This document shows, piece after piece, positions 18,029 to 28,300 of a stretch of DNA of 64,000 bases. The notes beneath the pieces are model-generated. The model was given only the letters and a program-made list of their open reading frames with translations. It was not told where the DNA came from and made no database searches. Origin of the DNA: a virus; the IMG/VR virus record IMGVR_UViG_3300002225_000004. One strand, written 5' to 3'. How positions within the stretch are numbered: position 1 is the stretch's first letter; each line of letters opens with the position of its first letter. A program made the position numbers and the translations under genes.

Positions 18029-18831
18029 GTGAATTTGACCTACAACATTCCAACGGGATTTATATCCCACACTTCAGCCCATCGACTATCACATCGTTCA
18101 TCTCCTACAAGGGGAGCTTCTACAATAACAAGGTAAAGCGTTCGCCGTTCGTCGGCAACCCTAACATGGCAAGGGGAACCGCCGTTGAACACGCTGTCAA
18201 TAAATGGCTTGAGGGTGAGGAGGTATGCAATCTCTGTGACTTCGCACTTGATAAGTATGATGATGAGATTGACGCATGGAAAGTGGCGATCAAGAAAGAG
18301 TATGTGGAGGCGGATGATGAGATCCGCGCATCTATCCCTAAGCTTGTCGAGTGCGCCTATCAGCACTTCAGTGATCTGTTTGGGCCATTCAATAAGCCTT
18401 CATCGCAAGAGTTTATCGAGTGTCATCTTGAAGGGGTGAACCGCAAGATCATTGGGTATCTTGATTACCGCATCAAAGAGCAGAAGCGAGTGCTTGACTG
18501 TAAGGTGGTGGCAAGAACGCCATCGAAGCTTTCACTGGCATACATCATCCAAGGATCTATCTACAGATGGGCGACTGATGATTCAACTGTATCATTTGAG
18601 TTTATCGTAGCTAACAAAAAGCCGGTAGGTAAGACTATCACATTGACCGATGAGCAGTATGTGTATGGATTGTCATACGCTAAGGTTGCCGCCAGGATTA
18701 TTGAGGAGCTTGAGACATGCGAAGATCCTAAGCGCGTGATGCAGATCATGACCTTCCCTGATCTGGATGCAATCTGGGATATTGGACAGAAGAGAGAAGC
18801 CGCTAAAGAATGGGGGATCTTCCTGCCGTGA
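18025..18831 (+). CDS. PD-(D/E)XK (RecB-like) exonuclease
   Basis: FSPSTI, RGTAVEHAV, IIGYLDY...LDCK. Confidence 0.8.
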   Translation: MSEFDLQHSNGIYIPHFSPSTITSFISYKGSFYNNKVKRSPFVGNPNMARGTAVEHAVNKWLEGEEVCNLCDFALDKYDDEIDAWKVAIKKEYVEADDEIRASIPKLVECAYQHFSDLFGPFNKPSSQEFIECHLEGVNRKIIGYLDYRIKEQKRVLDCKVVARTPSKLSLAYIIQGSIYRWATDDSTVSFEFIVANKKPVGKTITLTDEQYVYGLSYAKVAARIIEELETCEDPKRVMQIMTFPDLDAIWDIGQKREAAKEWGIFLP

Positions 18832-18983
18832 CGGATATAGTGATGAAGAAAGTAGCGAGGCTTATCAAGGAGATCTGTATCTACACTAAGGTTACTCCTC
18901 GCGAGTTCATTAGCATCAATGAAGATGTTCTCTTCACTCACGAAGAAGGCATTAAGATTGAGGAGATGATCGAAGTGATATGA
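18828..18983 (+). CDS. Small hypothetical protein (51 aa, below ORF-track cutoff)
   Basis: GTGA and ATGA overlaps on both ends. Confidence 0.55.
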   Translation: MTDIVMKKVARLIKEICIYTKVTPREFISINEDVLFTHEEGIKIEEMIEVI

Positions 18984-19699
18984 AGAGACCGCTCAGAGTA
19001 TTGGTAGCATGTGAGAGTTCCGGTGTAGTCCGAGATGCTTTCAATGCTCTGGGTCATGTCGCTACATCATGTGATCTGTTACCATGTGAGGGCAGGCATC
19101 ATCAAGGATCTGTCTTTGAGATAATAAATCAGAGATGGGACTTGATGATCTGCCACCCACCTTGCACATACCTTTCTTCCAGTGGAATGCATTGGACTAT
19201 TAATGGATACCGATGTCCGCTACTAACCTGTGAAGCAGTGCAGTTTGCTAAGCTTCTATGGAGCGCAGACATACCAAGAATAGCGATGGAAAATCCTGTT
19301 GGCGTATTGTCTACTGAGATACAGGAACCAGATCAATACATCCAACCGTATAGGTTTGGACACGATGCCAGCAAGGGAACCGGGTTATGGCTTAAGAATC
19401 TATCTAGACTGAAGAATACCAAGTATATCAAACCAAGGATTGTTAACGGCAGGAAAAGGTGGGGCAATCAAACTGATTCAGGGCAGAATGCATTACCACC
19501 TAGAGACGGTAGAGAGAAAGAGAGAAGTAAAACCTATGATGGCATAGCTCAAGCAATGGCTATACAGTGGGGTGGGGATACAGGGTGGAGGGACGCGGCG
19601 CATGTCGATGATCCCGAATCAGATCATTGCTTACTATTTCGAGGAGAATTAGAATACAGGACGTTTCATAATGTCCTGATGGCGAGACCAAAAAAATAA
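18980..19699 (+). CDS. DNA cytosine-C5 methyltransferase-like protein
   Basis: VLVACESSG, ICHPPCTY (PC motif), MENP. Confidence 0.75.
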   Translation: MKRPLRVLVACESSGVVRDAFNALGHVATSCDLLPCEGRHHQGSVFEIINQRWDLMICHPPCTYLSSSGMHWTINGYRCPLLTCEAVQFAKLLWSADIPRIAMENPVGVLSTEIQEPDQYIQPYRFGHDASKGTGLWLKNLSRLKNTKYIKPRIVNGRKRWGNQTDSGQNALPPRDGREKERSKTYDGIAQAMAIQWGGDTGWRDAAHVDDPESDHCLLFRGELEYRTFHNVLMARPKK

Positions 19700-19709
19700 T
19701 ATTATTGTT

Positions 19710-20495
19710 ATGGCTTATACAGACTTCGACATCTCGATGATGTTCGAGAAGCTGTGGGAAATATATCCTAGAAAGGACAGACCGGCAGCAGGACAGAAGG
19801 CACTAGGTGTTGCGTTGCGAACTGGTGCAGAATATAAGCAGATCGAACAAGCAGTTAAGATCTATTGCATGGAGTCAGCGAATGATGAGTTTCATTATCA
19901 CTTCGTCAACTTCATTAACGAGGATCACTGGAAGGACATCATCTCATATCATAAGGATGCTGCCGGACATGTTAAGATCCTTGAAGGAAGAAAGAAGCTG
20001 GCTTATGTCATAATCAAACACTGGAACGATACGTGTCTAGCTCACTGGTGTAAGTGCCTCGATTCTGATATGAGGGTTGGCATGGTGACTAATGCACTAG
20101 CTAATAAGTTCTTCCGTGAGAACTGGAAGAATGCGCTTGACAAAGCTGCTAAAATATTCTATCATACACTACATGAGAAGGACAAGTATCGTAACCTCAG
20201 TCTGACATTAAGGTGGTTTTGCAGGATAATACCAGACAAGCACACGGTCCTTCAGTTGATCGAAGGCGAGTATGGTAAACCTTATGATCCACCTAAGCGC
20301 AGAGTAAAACAAAATGAATCCTTAAACGAGGATGATAAAGTGAGACTAATAAAAGATATAGAAGATGTTTTCGGTGATACAGAGTGGCTTACTGATCCGG
20401 TTGTGGAGCCGGAGGAGGAACCGAAGATTAACAAAGAGATGAAGAAGCTTGTTGAGGCTTTAGAAATCGATGACCCATTTGAATTAGATGAGTAA
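19710..20495 (+). CDS. Putative replication initiator-like protein
   Basis: FEKLWEIYPRK...KA pattern typical of phage replication proteins. Confidence 0.5.
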   Translation: MAYTDFDISMMFEKLWEIYPRKDRPAAGQKALGVALRTGAEYKQIEQAVKIYCMESANDEFHYHFVNFINEDHWKDIISYHKDAAGHVKILEGRKKLAYVIIKHWNDTCLAHWCKCLDSDMRVGMVTNALANKFFRENWKNALDKAAKIFYHTLHEKDKYRNLSLTLRWFCRIIPDKHTVLQLIEGEYGKPYDPPKRRVKQNESLNEDDKVRLIKDIEDVFGDTEWLTDPVVEPEEEPKINKEMKKLVEALEIDDPFELDE

Positions 20496-21042
20496 CACAA
20501 TAATTATGGGGATAGATCTATCCTTCAGGAATACAGGCGTAGCAGTCATCGATAGGATTAAACATGGTGATTCCGTCGAGCTGAGACCAAGACTGGCTAC
20601 AGTTGTCACTACTAAAAAGCCAGAGAAATGCGAGACTCTGGACAGGGTGCGAAGAGAGATCAATAATATCAAGAGGCTTCGTATGGGGATAGAGGAGATG
20701 ATAGATAAATACAATCCTGACATAATCGTAATCGAGATCCCGCACTTCAGTCAGAGCGCATCTGGCTCATACGCTATGGGTATCTGTCACAGCATGGTTG
20801 AATCTATTCGCGACACCTACGACCTAAAGAAATTCGGTATCATCTTGCCTAAGCGGTTGAAAGACTGGGCTGGTTCCCTGAAGGGAGACGGCAAGGCAGC
20901 AGTGAAACATAAAGTGAGAGGGTATGACTGCTACTCCGAAATAAGAAACGACAACATTATAGACGCTATAGGCATAGCTCTGCTATGGTGTGACAAGCTA
21001 ACACTAGACGAACATGACCAAGAAGACTTTAACAATTGGTAA
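20488..21042 (+). CDS. RuvC-like Holliday junction resolvase
   Basis: MGIDLSFRNTGVA, VIEIP, NIIDAIGIA acidic triad. Confidence 0.85.
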   Translation: MSNTIIMGIDLSFRNTGVAVIDRIKHGDSVELRPRLATVVTTKKPEKCETLDRVRREINNIKRLRMGIEEMIDKYNPDIIVIEIPHFSQSASGSYAMGICHSMVESIRDTYDLKKFGIILPKRLKDWAGSLKGDGKAAVKHKVRGYDCYSEIRNDNIIDAIGIALLWCDKLTLDEHDQEDFNNW

Positions 21043-21574
21043 ACAGAAGGTGGTATTGATTCCTAATAAGAGTCGATCCTATGGGCAGATCGTAACACCC
21101 GAAGCATACTTCAATACAGCCGTATGCATGGTGCAGAACTTCGGCAGAGGATTGCACAAGGCGATCAAGAATGGAGCTATCGTTCTAGTAAGCAGCAAGT
21201 TTACCGAGCGTGCTTACCAGTTGCTTGATAAGACAACCGGTATGTTCATCTGTGAAGGCGCGCACATCTTTGGTGTCATCATTAAGAATAAGGTGTATCC
21301 ATTAGGAAACAAGGTTGTCTTTGAGCGGAACGTCGATGAGGTTCAGAAAGGAGCAATCGTCATCCCGGCTGCCCAGACATCTACGGATCAATCACTTAAT
21401 GGAACTATCTATGGATTTGGATTACCCGGAAGGAACATCCACATCAAGACGAAAGGACTTACTATAGGTAAGAAGGTTCGTCTCAGAAGTTGGGGAGAAA
21501 ATATGATCGAAGTCGGATGGCAGGACCGATATTTCCTGTTTGTAAATGAGGAAGATATTGTATGCGAACTGTAA
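21014..21574 (+). CDS. Tandem two-domain GroES-like protein
   Basis: C-half YPLGNKVVFER..GAIVIP..GTIYGFG..VNEEDIV; N-half is a diverged second GroES pattern. Confidence 0.65.
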   Translation: MTKKTLTIGKQKVVLIPNKSRSYGQIVTPEAYFNTAVCMVQNFGRGLHKAIKNGAIVLVSSKFTERAYQLLDKTTGMFICEGAHIFGVIIKNKVYPLGNKVVFERNVDEVQKGAIVIPAAQTSTDQSLNGTIYGFGLPGRNIHIKTKGLTIGKKVRLRSWGENMIEVGWQDRYFLFVNEEDIVCEL

Positions 21575-21606
21575 CAATACTAGCAACACCAAAGAACACT
21601 GATGCT

Positions 21607-21765
21607 ATGAATGACAAATGGGAATTCTATCAAGACAAAGCTGGAGAGTGGCGATGGCGTCGCACTGCCAGCAATGGCGAGATCGTAGGCGCAGCCACCG
21701 AGGGCTACGAAAACTATTCTTCATGTGAAGCTAACGCTATCCGTAATGGATACATCAAGCAATGA
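21607..21765 (+). CDS. YegP/DUF1508 family protein
   Basis: WEFYQDKAGEWRWRRTASNGEIVG..EGY. Confidence 0.85.
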   Translation: MNDKWEFYQDKAGEWRWRRTASNGEIVGAATEGYENYSSCEANAIRNGYIKQ

Positions 21766-21927
21766 AAAAAATAATATTATTTATCCTAGTGCTGCCAGGA
21801 TGTAGCTTCCTTGACAATTATTCACGCAGCTACTCGATTGGCTACGAGGATGAGGGCGGTCATCGGCTAGACTTCGGAATTGAATTATCTCCGATAGAGC
21901 CTCGTAAGTAATCGAACGCTAACAATC

Positions 21928-22233
21928 ATGGATCAAGAAGAACAAACTCGCGGTGGTTGCGTCACCGAATCAATCTTCGATGGCCCCTCAATCGTGCCTC
22001 TCGCAGATGTCCAACACATCGAAAAGCGCGGCGACGGGGGTATTATGGTCATCATGAAATCCACGACCTACGCCTTTGAGCAGGATGAGTGGATGAACTC
22101 CGTCTATTTTGCGAAGGGCGACGCTCAACGATTCATCGCCGCATGGTGCGGATACCGCTCCGAATTGGAGGCTTCGACACTGGCCGACATTTCTCCCGCG
22201 AACTCCGGTGATGACTCATCGCAAAGCGATTGA
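21928..22233 (+). CDS. Hypothetical protein
   Basis: GC-richer ORF at the end of the left arm. Confidence 0.65.
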   Translation: MDQEEQTRGGCVTESIFDGPSIVPLADVQHIEKRGDGGIMVIMKSTTYAFEQDEWMNSVYFAKGDAQRFIAAWCGYRSELEASTLADISPANSGDDSSQSD

Positions 22234-22263
22234 GTCTATCATATTTATCCCGTAAGGGAAGGT

Positions 22264-22305
22264 ATGAGGGAGACAGTTTCATAGGACTGCTTCTGTCTCC
22301 CTCAT
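22264..22305. terminator. Hairpin or terminator between the convergent arms
   Basis: 13-bp stem ATGAGGGAGACAG / CTGTCTCCCTCAT. Confidence 0.7.
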
Positions 22306-22309
22306 TAGA

Positions 22310-25300
22310 TCATCTTGTAAGACGCTTGATTAATTCAATCCTCTTCTTCTCGCGTGCCTCTATAGCTTTCGCTTGAGCTTCCGGCAGCTTCTCTTCAAGC
22401 GCTGTATCAATATCATACAGCTTATCCTCAACCTTGTCCCACTCCTTGAGGATCTTAAGCATGTCCGCTTGACCGAATCCTGCCGAACGACCTGCCAATA
22501 CCAGATCGTTCCAGTTGAATTCCTCAAGGCCAAGCACCCCATCACTAGCCTCCTTAAGTGAAGCATACCCCTGCTCCATGGTGGTTCCAGTGATACCACC
22601 AACACCCAAGTTGCTGAAGTTGGGATATGAATACGGAATATATTCAGACGCCTCCAGCAAAACCAATTGTTCAGATAACATTGCAGCTTCACCGAATCGC
22701 TTCCGATCTTTAAGGTCAGCGATCTGTGCAGACATTACATCTGCCTTGGCAGAGATCTCCTCCTTCATCAGTTCCTTGCTGTATCGATCAGGGACCATGA
22801 ACAGAAGTTTCTGAGGGATCTGCGGTCCTTGCATAAACAAGTGAAGCACTCCAAGCTCTTCTCTAAGGACAGCTTTGCCAAAGGCGGCAGGTGAGAAGTT
22901 CCTATTGGAGTATCTGTAGAGATGCTTCTTGATTGCTGTCGCTGCTTGTAGTTCAGCTTCCGCGTGCGCAACTAGAACATGGTCTCCAGTCGCCCTTGCG
23001 TCTTGCAGCTCACCTTCAATCTCCGCGATCTTTCCATCTTCATCATCATAGAGATCACGGATGAGCCCTGTGATAAGCATCGCGATACTCCCATTGATAA
23101 GGAATCTGCTCGATGTGAACATGAACGTCTGACCAAGGATGGCTCCAATCGTTTGTAGCTTTGACTTGATCTCCTCCTTATTCTCTCCAGTCTTAGCCAG
23201 CTCAATGATGTCCCGTGTTGCGAGATTCAACTGAGCGCCAAGCATGGTAACGTGTCCACTGAATGCCAGCGTGATGTTACGTGCGAATGAATACTTGGCA
23301 TCTCTGTCTGTGAATAGCTGACCACGTAGCACCTTGTTTGATGCGTTGAAGTTGCGCTCCACGTTAATGATGGCTTGCGATAGCTCAAGTCCATCTGGAT
23401 TAGCCCAGTCAACATCGGAGAGTTCCCCGATCTGACGACCCTTGACCTTCATCAAGCGAACGTATTCAGCAATAACCAGAGTCTTTGCCGTAAAGTCATC
23501 CCCTTGCCTAAGCGAGAACGTGATGACCTTTCCGGCGTCCTTGTTGAACTTCTCCAGACCCTTGACGATAGGCATTGCACGGATAGAATCCTCATCGATG
23601 ATTGGATTCTTCTTACGGTCAAGTTCTACCTCACCCATGAGTGAGCGGTTGGCAATCCACCTTGCATTCTCCGAGAAGAACTCATTCATCTTCTCACGAT
23701 TGGAAACATAATACAGCGAAGCATCCATCGCTCCACCAAGATTACCAGTCCTTGCTGTATAGTCTGAGAAGCCAGCAATACTTTGAGTGACGCCTTGATG
23801 GACTCCTGACAGAGCAACCCTAGCATACATCTCATTGAACAACTTCATGGTGGCAGACATTGCATCCAGGCTATCACCATTAAACATGGCGTTGTAGACT
23901 AGATCCTTAGCCCATGCCTCAAGTTGGTTTACCCTAGTATCAGAAGTGTGTTCACCTTTGATAAGCTTGTTGATAGGGTTTCCCTTCTTTAGCCTCTCCT
24001 TAAGGATGAACCGTTCTGCCGTAGTCTTAACAGTCATGGCAGAGATGCGCGCAGCTCTATCGAATGTGTTCTCGATATTGTTTGCGTAGTATCTTGTGCC
24101 GGGGCCAAGTGAGTCAGACCTGCGCTTCAAGTGACTCGGCCTTCCCGTCACAGACTTGCCTTGGAATTGGTTCTCGTCGAACGTATCCATCTTAGCATCG
24201 ATACTGACAGCCTCAAGCTCGCCAGTTGTCTTGGTCGCCATAGCTTCGATGACATGACGAGGGACATAGTTTGCCCACTGCTCAAATGGCTCGCCGTAGA
24301 ATCCTTCTGAGATGACTTCATTGGACAACCTTGATCTGTCAAGAATGTCGATCATCTTGTTGAGGGACGCGAGTCTTGCTTCACCCACCTTGAAGTCACC
24401 TGTTCCGATGCGTTCTTCGGCGGACTCCATCAATACATCCATAGGCGCATCGAGGTTATCCGCTTCAAGCCCAACTACCATCCGATCAAAGATAGGAATA
24501 ATATTATTTTTATGGGAGGAAACCGTCTCGCTGTCACCTTGATCCAGAGCGTTCTTATGTGACTGACGCTCGTTCTTAATGTTGCGCATGAGCGCCTTAT
24601 TGGGATCTTCACCAATGCGGAACTGAGTAAGGCGAGAGTAGATTGACATAGCTACATTGTCTGCTCCCTTCATCTCACGACCAAGCTTAGCCTCCAGTTC
24701 CTTGCGGTGCTGAATATATTCATCTACATCCTTATCGCGCATGTTCTCCGCATCGAGCATGATCTTCTGCATAAGCGGACCCATGAGATCTGCTTGAAGG
24801 AATGCGCGGGCTTGTGAGTGAGCGGACCAGCGATCAAGCTGAGTCTGCATGAGTTCTGTCAAGCGGACCAATCCATCGATAGACTTCAGGAACTTGTTCT
24901 TGTATAGGACTGGATCACGGAACTTAGACTTAAGCTCACTGAACTTCACCTTGCCGTCACGAACTCTCTGAATGTATGGGACTGTTGTCTTGTTGACGTA
25001 AGCAATCCTTCCGTCCATCAAGTTGTTCACCGCATAGAAGTGAGTGTAGAGTTCCTTACCTGTCATCTCGCCTACGTTAGCGATCTTGGTAAGGTAATCG
25101 AAGTGAGACATGACCACCTTCCTGAGATCAGGATCAATCTTACTTCCATTAATAAGCTCAAACTCTTCCACCCAATCGCTAGCAGACTTGTATTCAGATT
25201 TAATTTCCTCTACTGCTTCCGAATATTTCTTGCGCCATGCTTCTTGCTTCTTGTTTAGTCTGTTTGCTTGTGCTGCTGATCTGTTTGCTGTTGCTGTCTC

Positions 25301-28300
25301 ACGATCATTCTTCTCTGCTTGAGTCTCATTGGCAATCGCGCTATCATTAATGAACTTCTCAACCTCTTGACGATTGTCTGGATCACCCTTGAATTGGCTC
25401 ATATCAAACAGACCTGCATTAGCTGCTTTAATCTTGTTGATAGCAACCTGATCGATGAGGAACTTATACTTTACGAGCGCGTTAATTGTAGCCGCATTGC
25501 CTTCACGAAGGGCGGGATCTTTTACTTGGTTGTTCCGAGCATCATAGACATTATCAATGATCCGCATGAACTCTTTAACCGCTGTGTCTGGCAGAGCTAA
25601 GATTTCTTTAGGGTTGATCGACTTGACGATCTTCATGATCGTGGCAGTATTGCGATCTGTCTTGTCGCTAATCTTGCCCTTCCTGATTGCACGGAACTTA
25701 CGTCCAAACTCCTTGATCCCTCCGTCATTCTTGCTGTCGGGATTGATAGCATTCAGAGTCTCATTCGAGTGCATGAATGGAAGCGTATGCGATACGATGT
25801 TCTCATCGATGGCGAAGTCGATCATCGCATCGAATGCATCAGATACGTTTTGCTTCTGGATTACTCGACCGAAGCCAAACACATCCATTACCATCTGCTT
25901 GAACTTCTGCCATGCGGTAAGCTGTTGATCCGCTGCCGATGCGTGCATCATGCCACGGAAGTTCACATCAGACATTGCTGCTGCTACAAATTCATCTGCT
26001 GAAGTGAGCGCATAAGCGGCACGGATTTCTACTGCGGAAGCATTAGTTTTTTGGCGTAGTTGCTTATGGTTCATGGAGAACCACTTACTGAATGACGTAG
26101 CCTTATTTGGATTGGCCTTTTGATATTCGGCAAACTCTTGCTCGGCAAGCTCAAGAACCTCCTTCATCTTAGGGTCCGCACTTTCATAGTTGCGGACATC
26201 CTGCATCAGTCCTTCGATGTCAGCTTTAAACTTAGGATCACGGGCGATAGCATTACTGAGAACCGCGTGGGTGGATTCATGTAGAGCCATTACGGCTACG
26301 TCCGACCCGTCGAAGTTCAAAGAAATAATATTATTTACTGGATCATATGAGTTGAATGGGGATGACTGAACCTTAACCGTGTTGAGGAAATTGGCGATCT
26401 CCCTATTATTGATAGCCTTGGAGAAGAATCTTTTGAAGGGAGCGGCGATGAGATCCTTCTCGATCATCCAGTTGAATAGATCCGTTGCGTTTCTTACCGC
26501 TGTAGTAGACCCATCCTTGTTGGTGATGATTGTATCTGGTTCTGTCTGCTGGGATGGAGGTGCCGGAGCTTGACCGTCGTCTTGCAGTGCGCCGACATCA
26601 GTAGATTCCTGACCAAACCTTTCAGAGATAGGGATTAATTTTCCTTCCTCATCAGTAGGGAGAACTTCTTCGGTCTCGATTTGCTTATTGTCAAATACAA
26701 GAACAGCCGCCGCATCACTAGGATTATCCCCGCCTTCAAGCTGGCCTACCGAATCGAATCCTAGATCCTTGAGAGCATAAATAAGATCAGTTTTACTAAA
26801 GAAGTTTGCCTTGCTATCCAGTTCTTTAGTTGAAAACGGAATATCATAACCGTCAACATTCCAGTAAAGTTCATTAGGATCAGCGTCAGGGTCAAGCCTT
26901 ATTTCTTCACGGCGCTTCAACATGCTTTTCTGCATGTTCTCCCAAGTCTTCTCTTCTTTATCGAATTTTGCGCGCTCCGCGTCCGTGAATTGATAACTGA
27001 ATCCGTCGAACTCCATTGAGTAAGCATACTTGGCTATCGCATTCTCTAGTGCGGTAGTATCTTTTCCGCTAGACTTAATTGACTCTACTACATCAACCCA
27101 GTCCTTAAACTCCCAGAGCTTCAATGAGTTTCCGAGATTAAGATAAGCTTTATACAAGCCTCCTTTTACTGGTCCTTCTTTGTTGTAACTACCCGCAAAA
27201 TCCCTAGATAAAGACTCGGACTTTGAAAAGAATATAGGAACCCCAAACTTCTTAATGCCTTTGATTGCGGACCCGTGAAAGAACCCTCCTTCAAATCCTA
27301 ATGACTCAGCTATCCTGTCTTGGATTTCCTTTGCTTTTATGAGATCGTTATCAGCAATAGCTCTGTTAAATGAATTTTCAGCTAGAGTATTTGATTGTGA
27401 TTGTCCGTCTTGCAGTGCGCCCATCTCTGCCTTAACTTCATCTGCTTTCTCCTTAGATACTGGATCTCCATTCTTCTCTAAGATCTCAATATCTTTACCG
27501 TCAAAGGCCACGAAGTTGCTATACCCTTCGCCGCGCATACGACTCATTCCGTCGAGGAACTTAATTCCTTTAATGCCATGCTTGAGAAGCAACTCGCTGC
27601 GCTCTTTATCTGATTTTAGTCCATCCCTCTTTGTGGTTCCCGTGTAGAATATGCTGTTATATATTGACGATCCTTTTGTGGAGTTTTCTATTCCATTTTC
27701 AACGGATGGAATCCATACTCCGGCCTCCTTTAATTTTTCAATTACTTCTGGATGTTGATCTTCTGGTCTCTTATCCCAATCAAGAAGCTCGTTATCCTCT
27801 GCTTTGAAATCAATCTTATAGAGGTTGCCTTTAAAGTCGTCACCTTTTCGGTCTGGATTTAAAGTGATGTCACCTGACTTAACCAGATCAGCAAGCTTGT
27901 GTAGATATTTAGACGTTGTGTTTCTTCTGATTGCTGCGGCAGTGGCTCGTTTGCTTTGTCCGGGAGCGAACGCTTTGGATATATTTAGCAAGTCAGATTG
28001 GCTAACCATTGGCATTGAAGCCATCGCCTTATTAGCCTTATCTGTAAAAATAAGATTATTTTTACCTCTAGCTTGTTGTCCAATTTTCTCTTGGTAGAAT
28101 TTACCTACTGATTTGTTCTCCGCGAAGTAAAGCCCCCATCCATATGCCTGCACTCCTTCACCTGTTCCGACGTAATCAGTATCGAATCCTCCTTCAATAT
28201 CAGCACCGGTCCCGTGGTAAGCAAGAGCATAGTCATTAATCTGGCGAAGCATAAGCTTCTTCGCTCGGTTGAGCGCACCTTGCGGAATGGTTGAGCGTAG

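Noticed and set aside
21811-21840. TTGACA promoter
   Set aside because: No convincing -10 at 16-18 nt spacing
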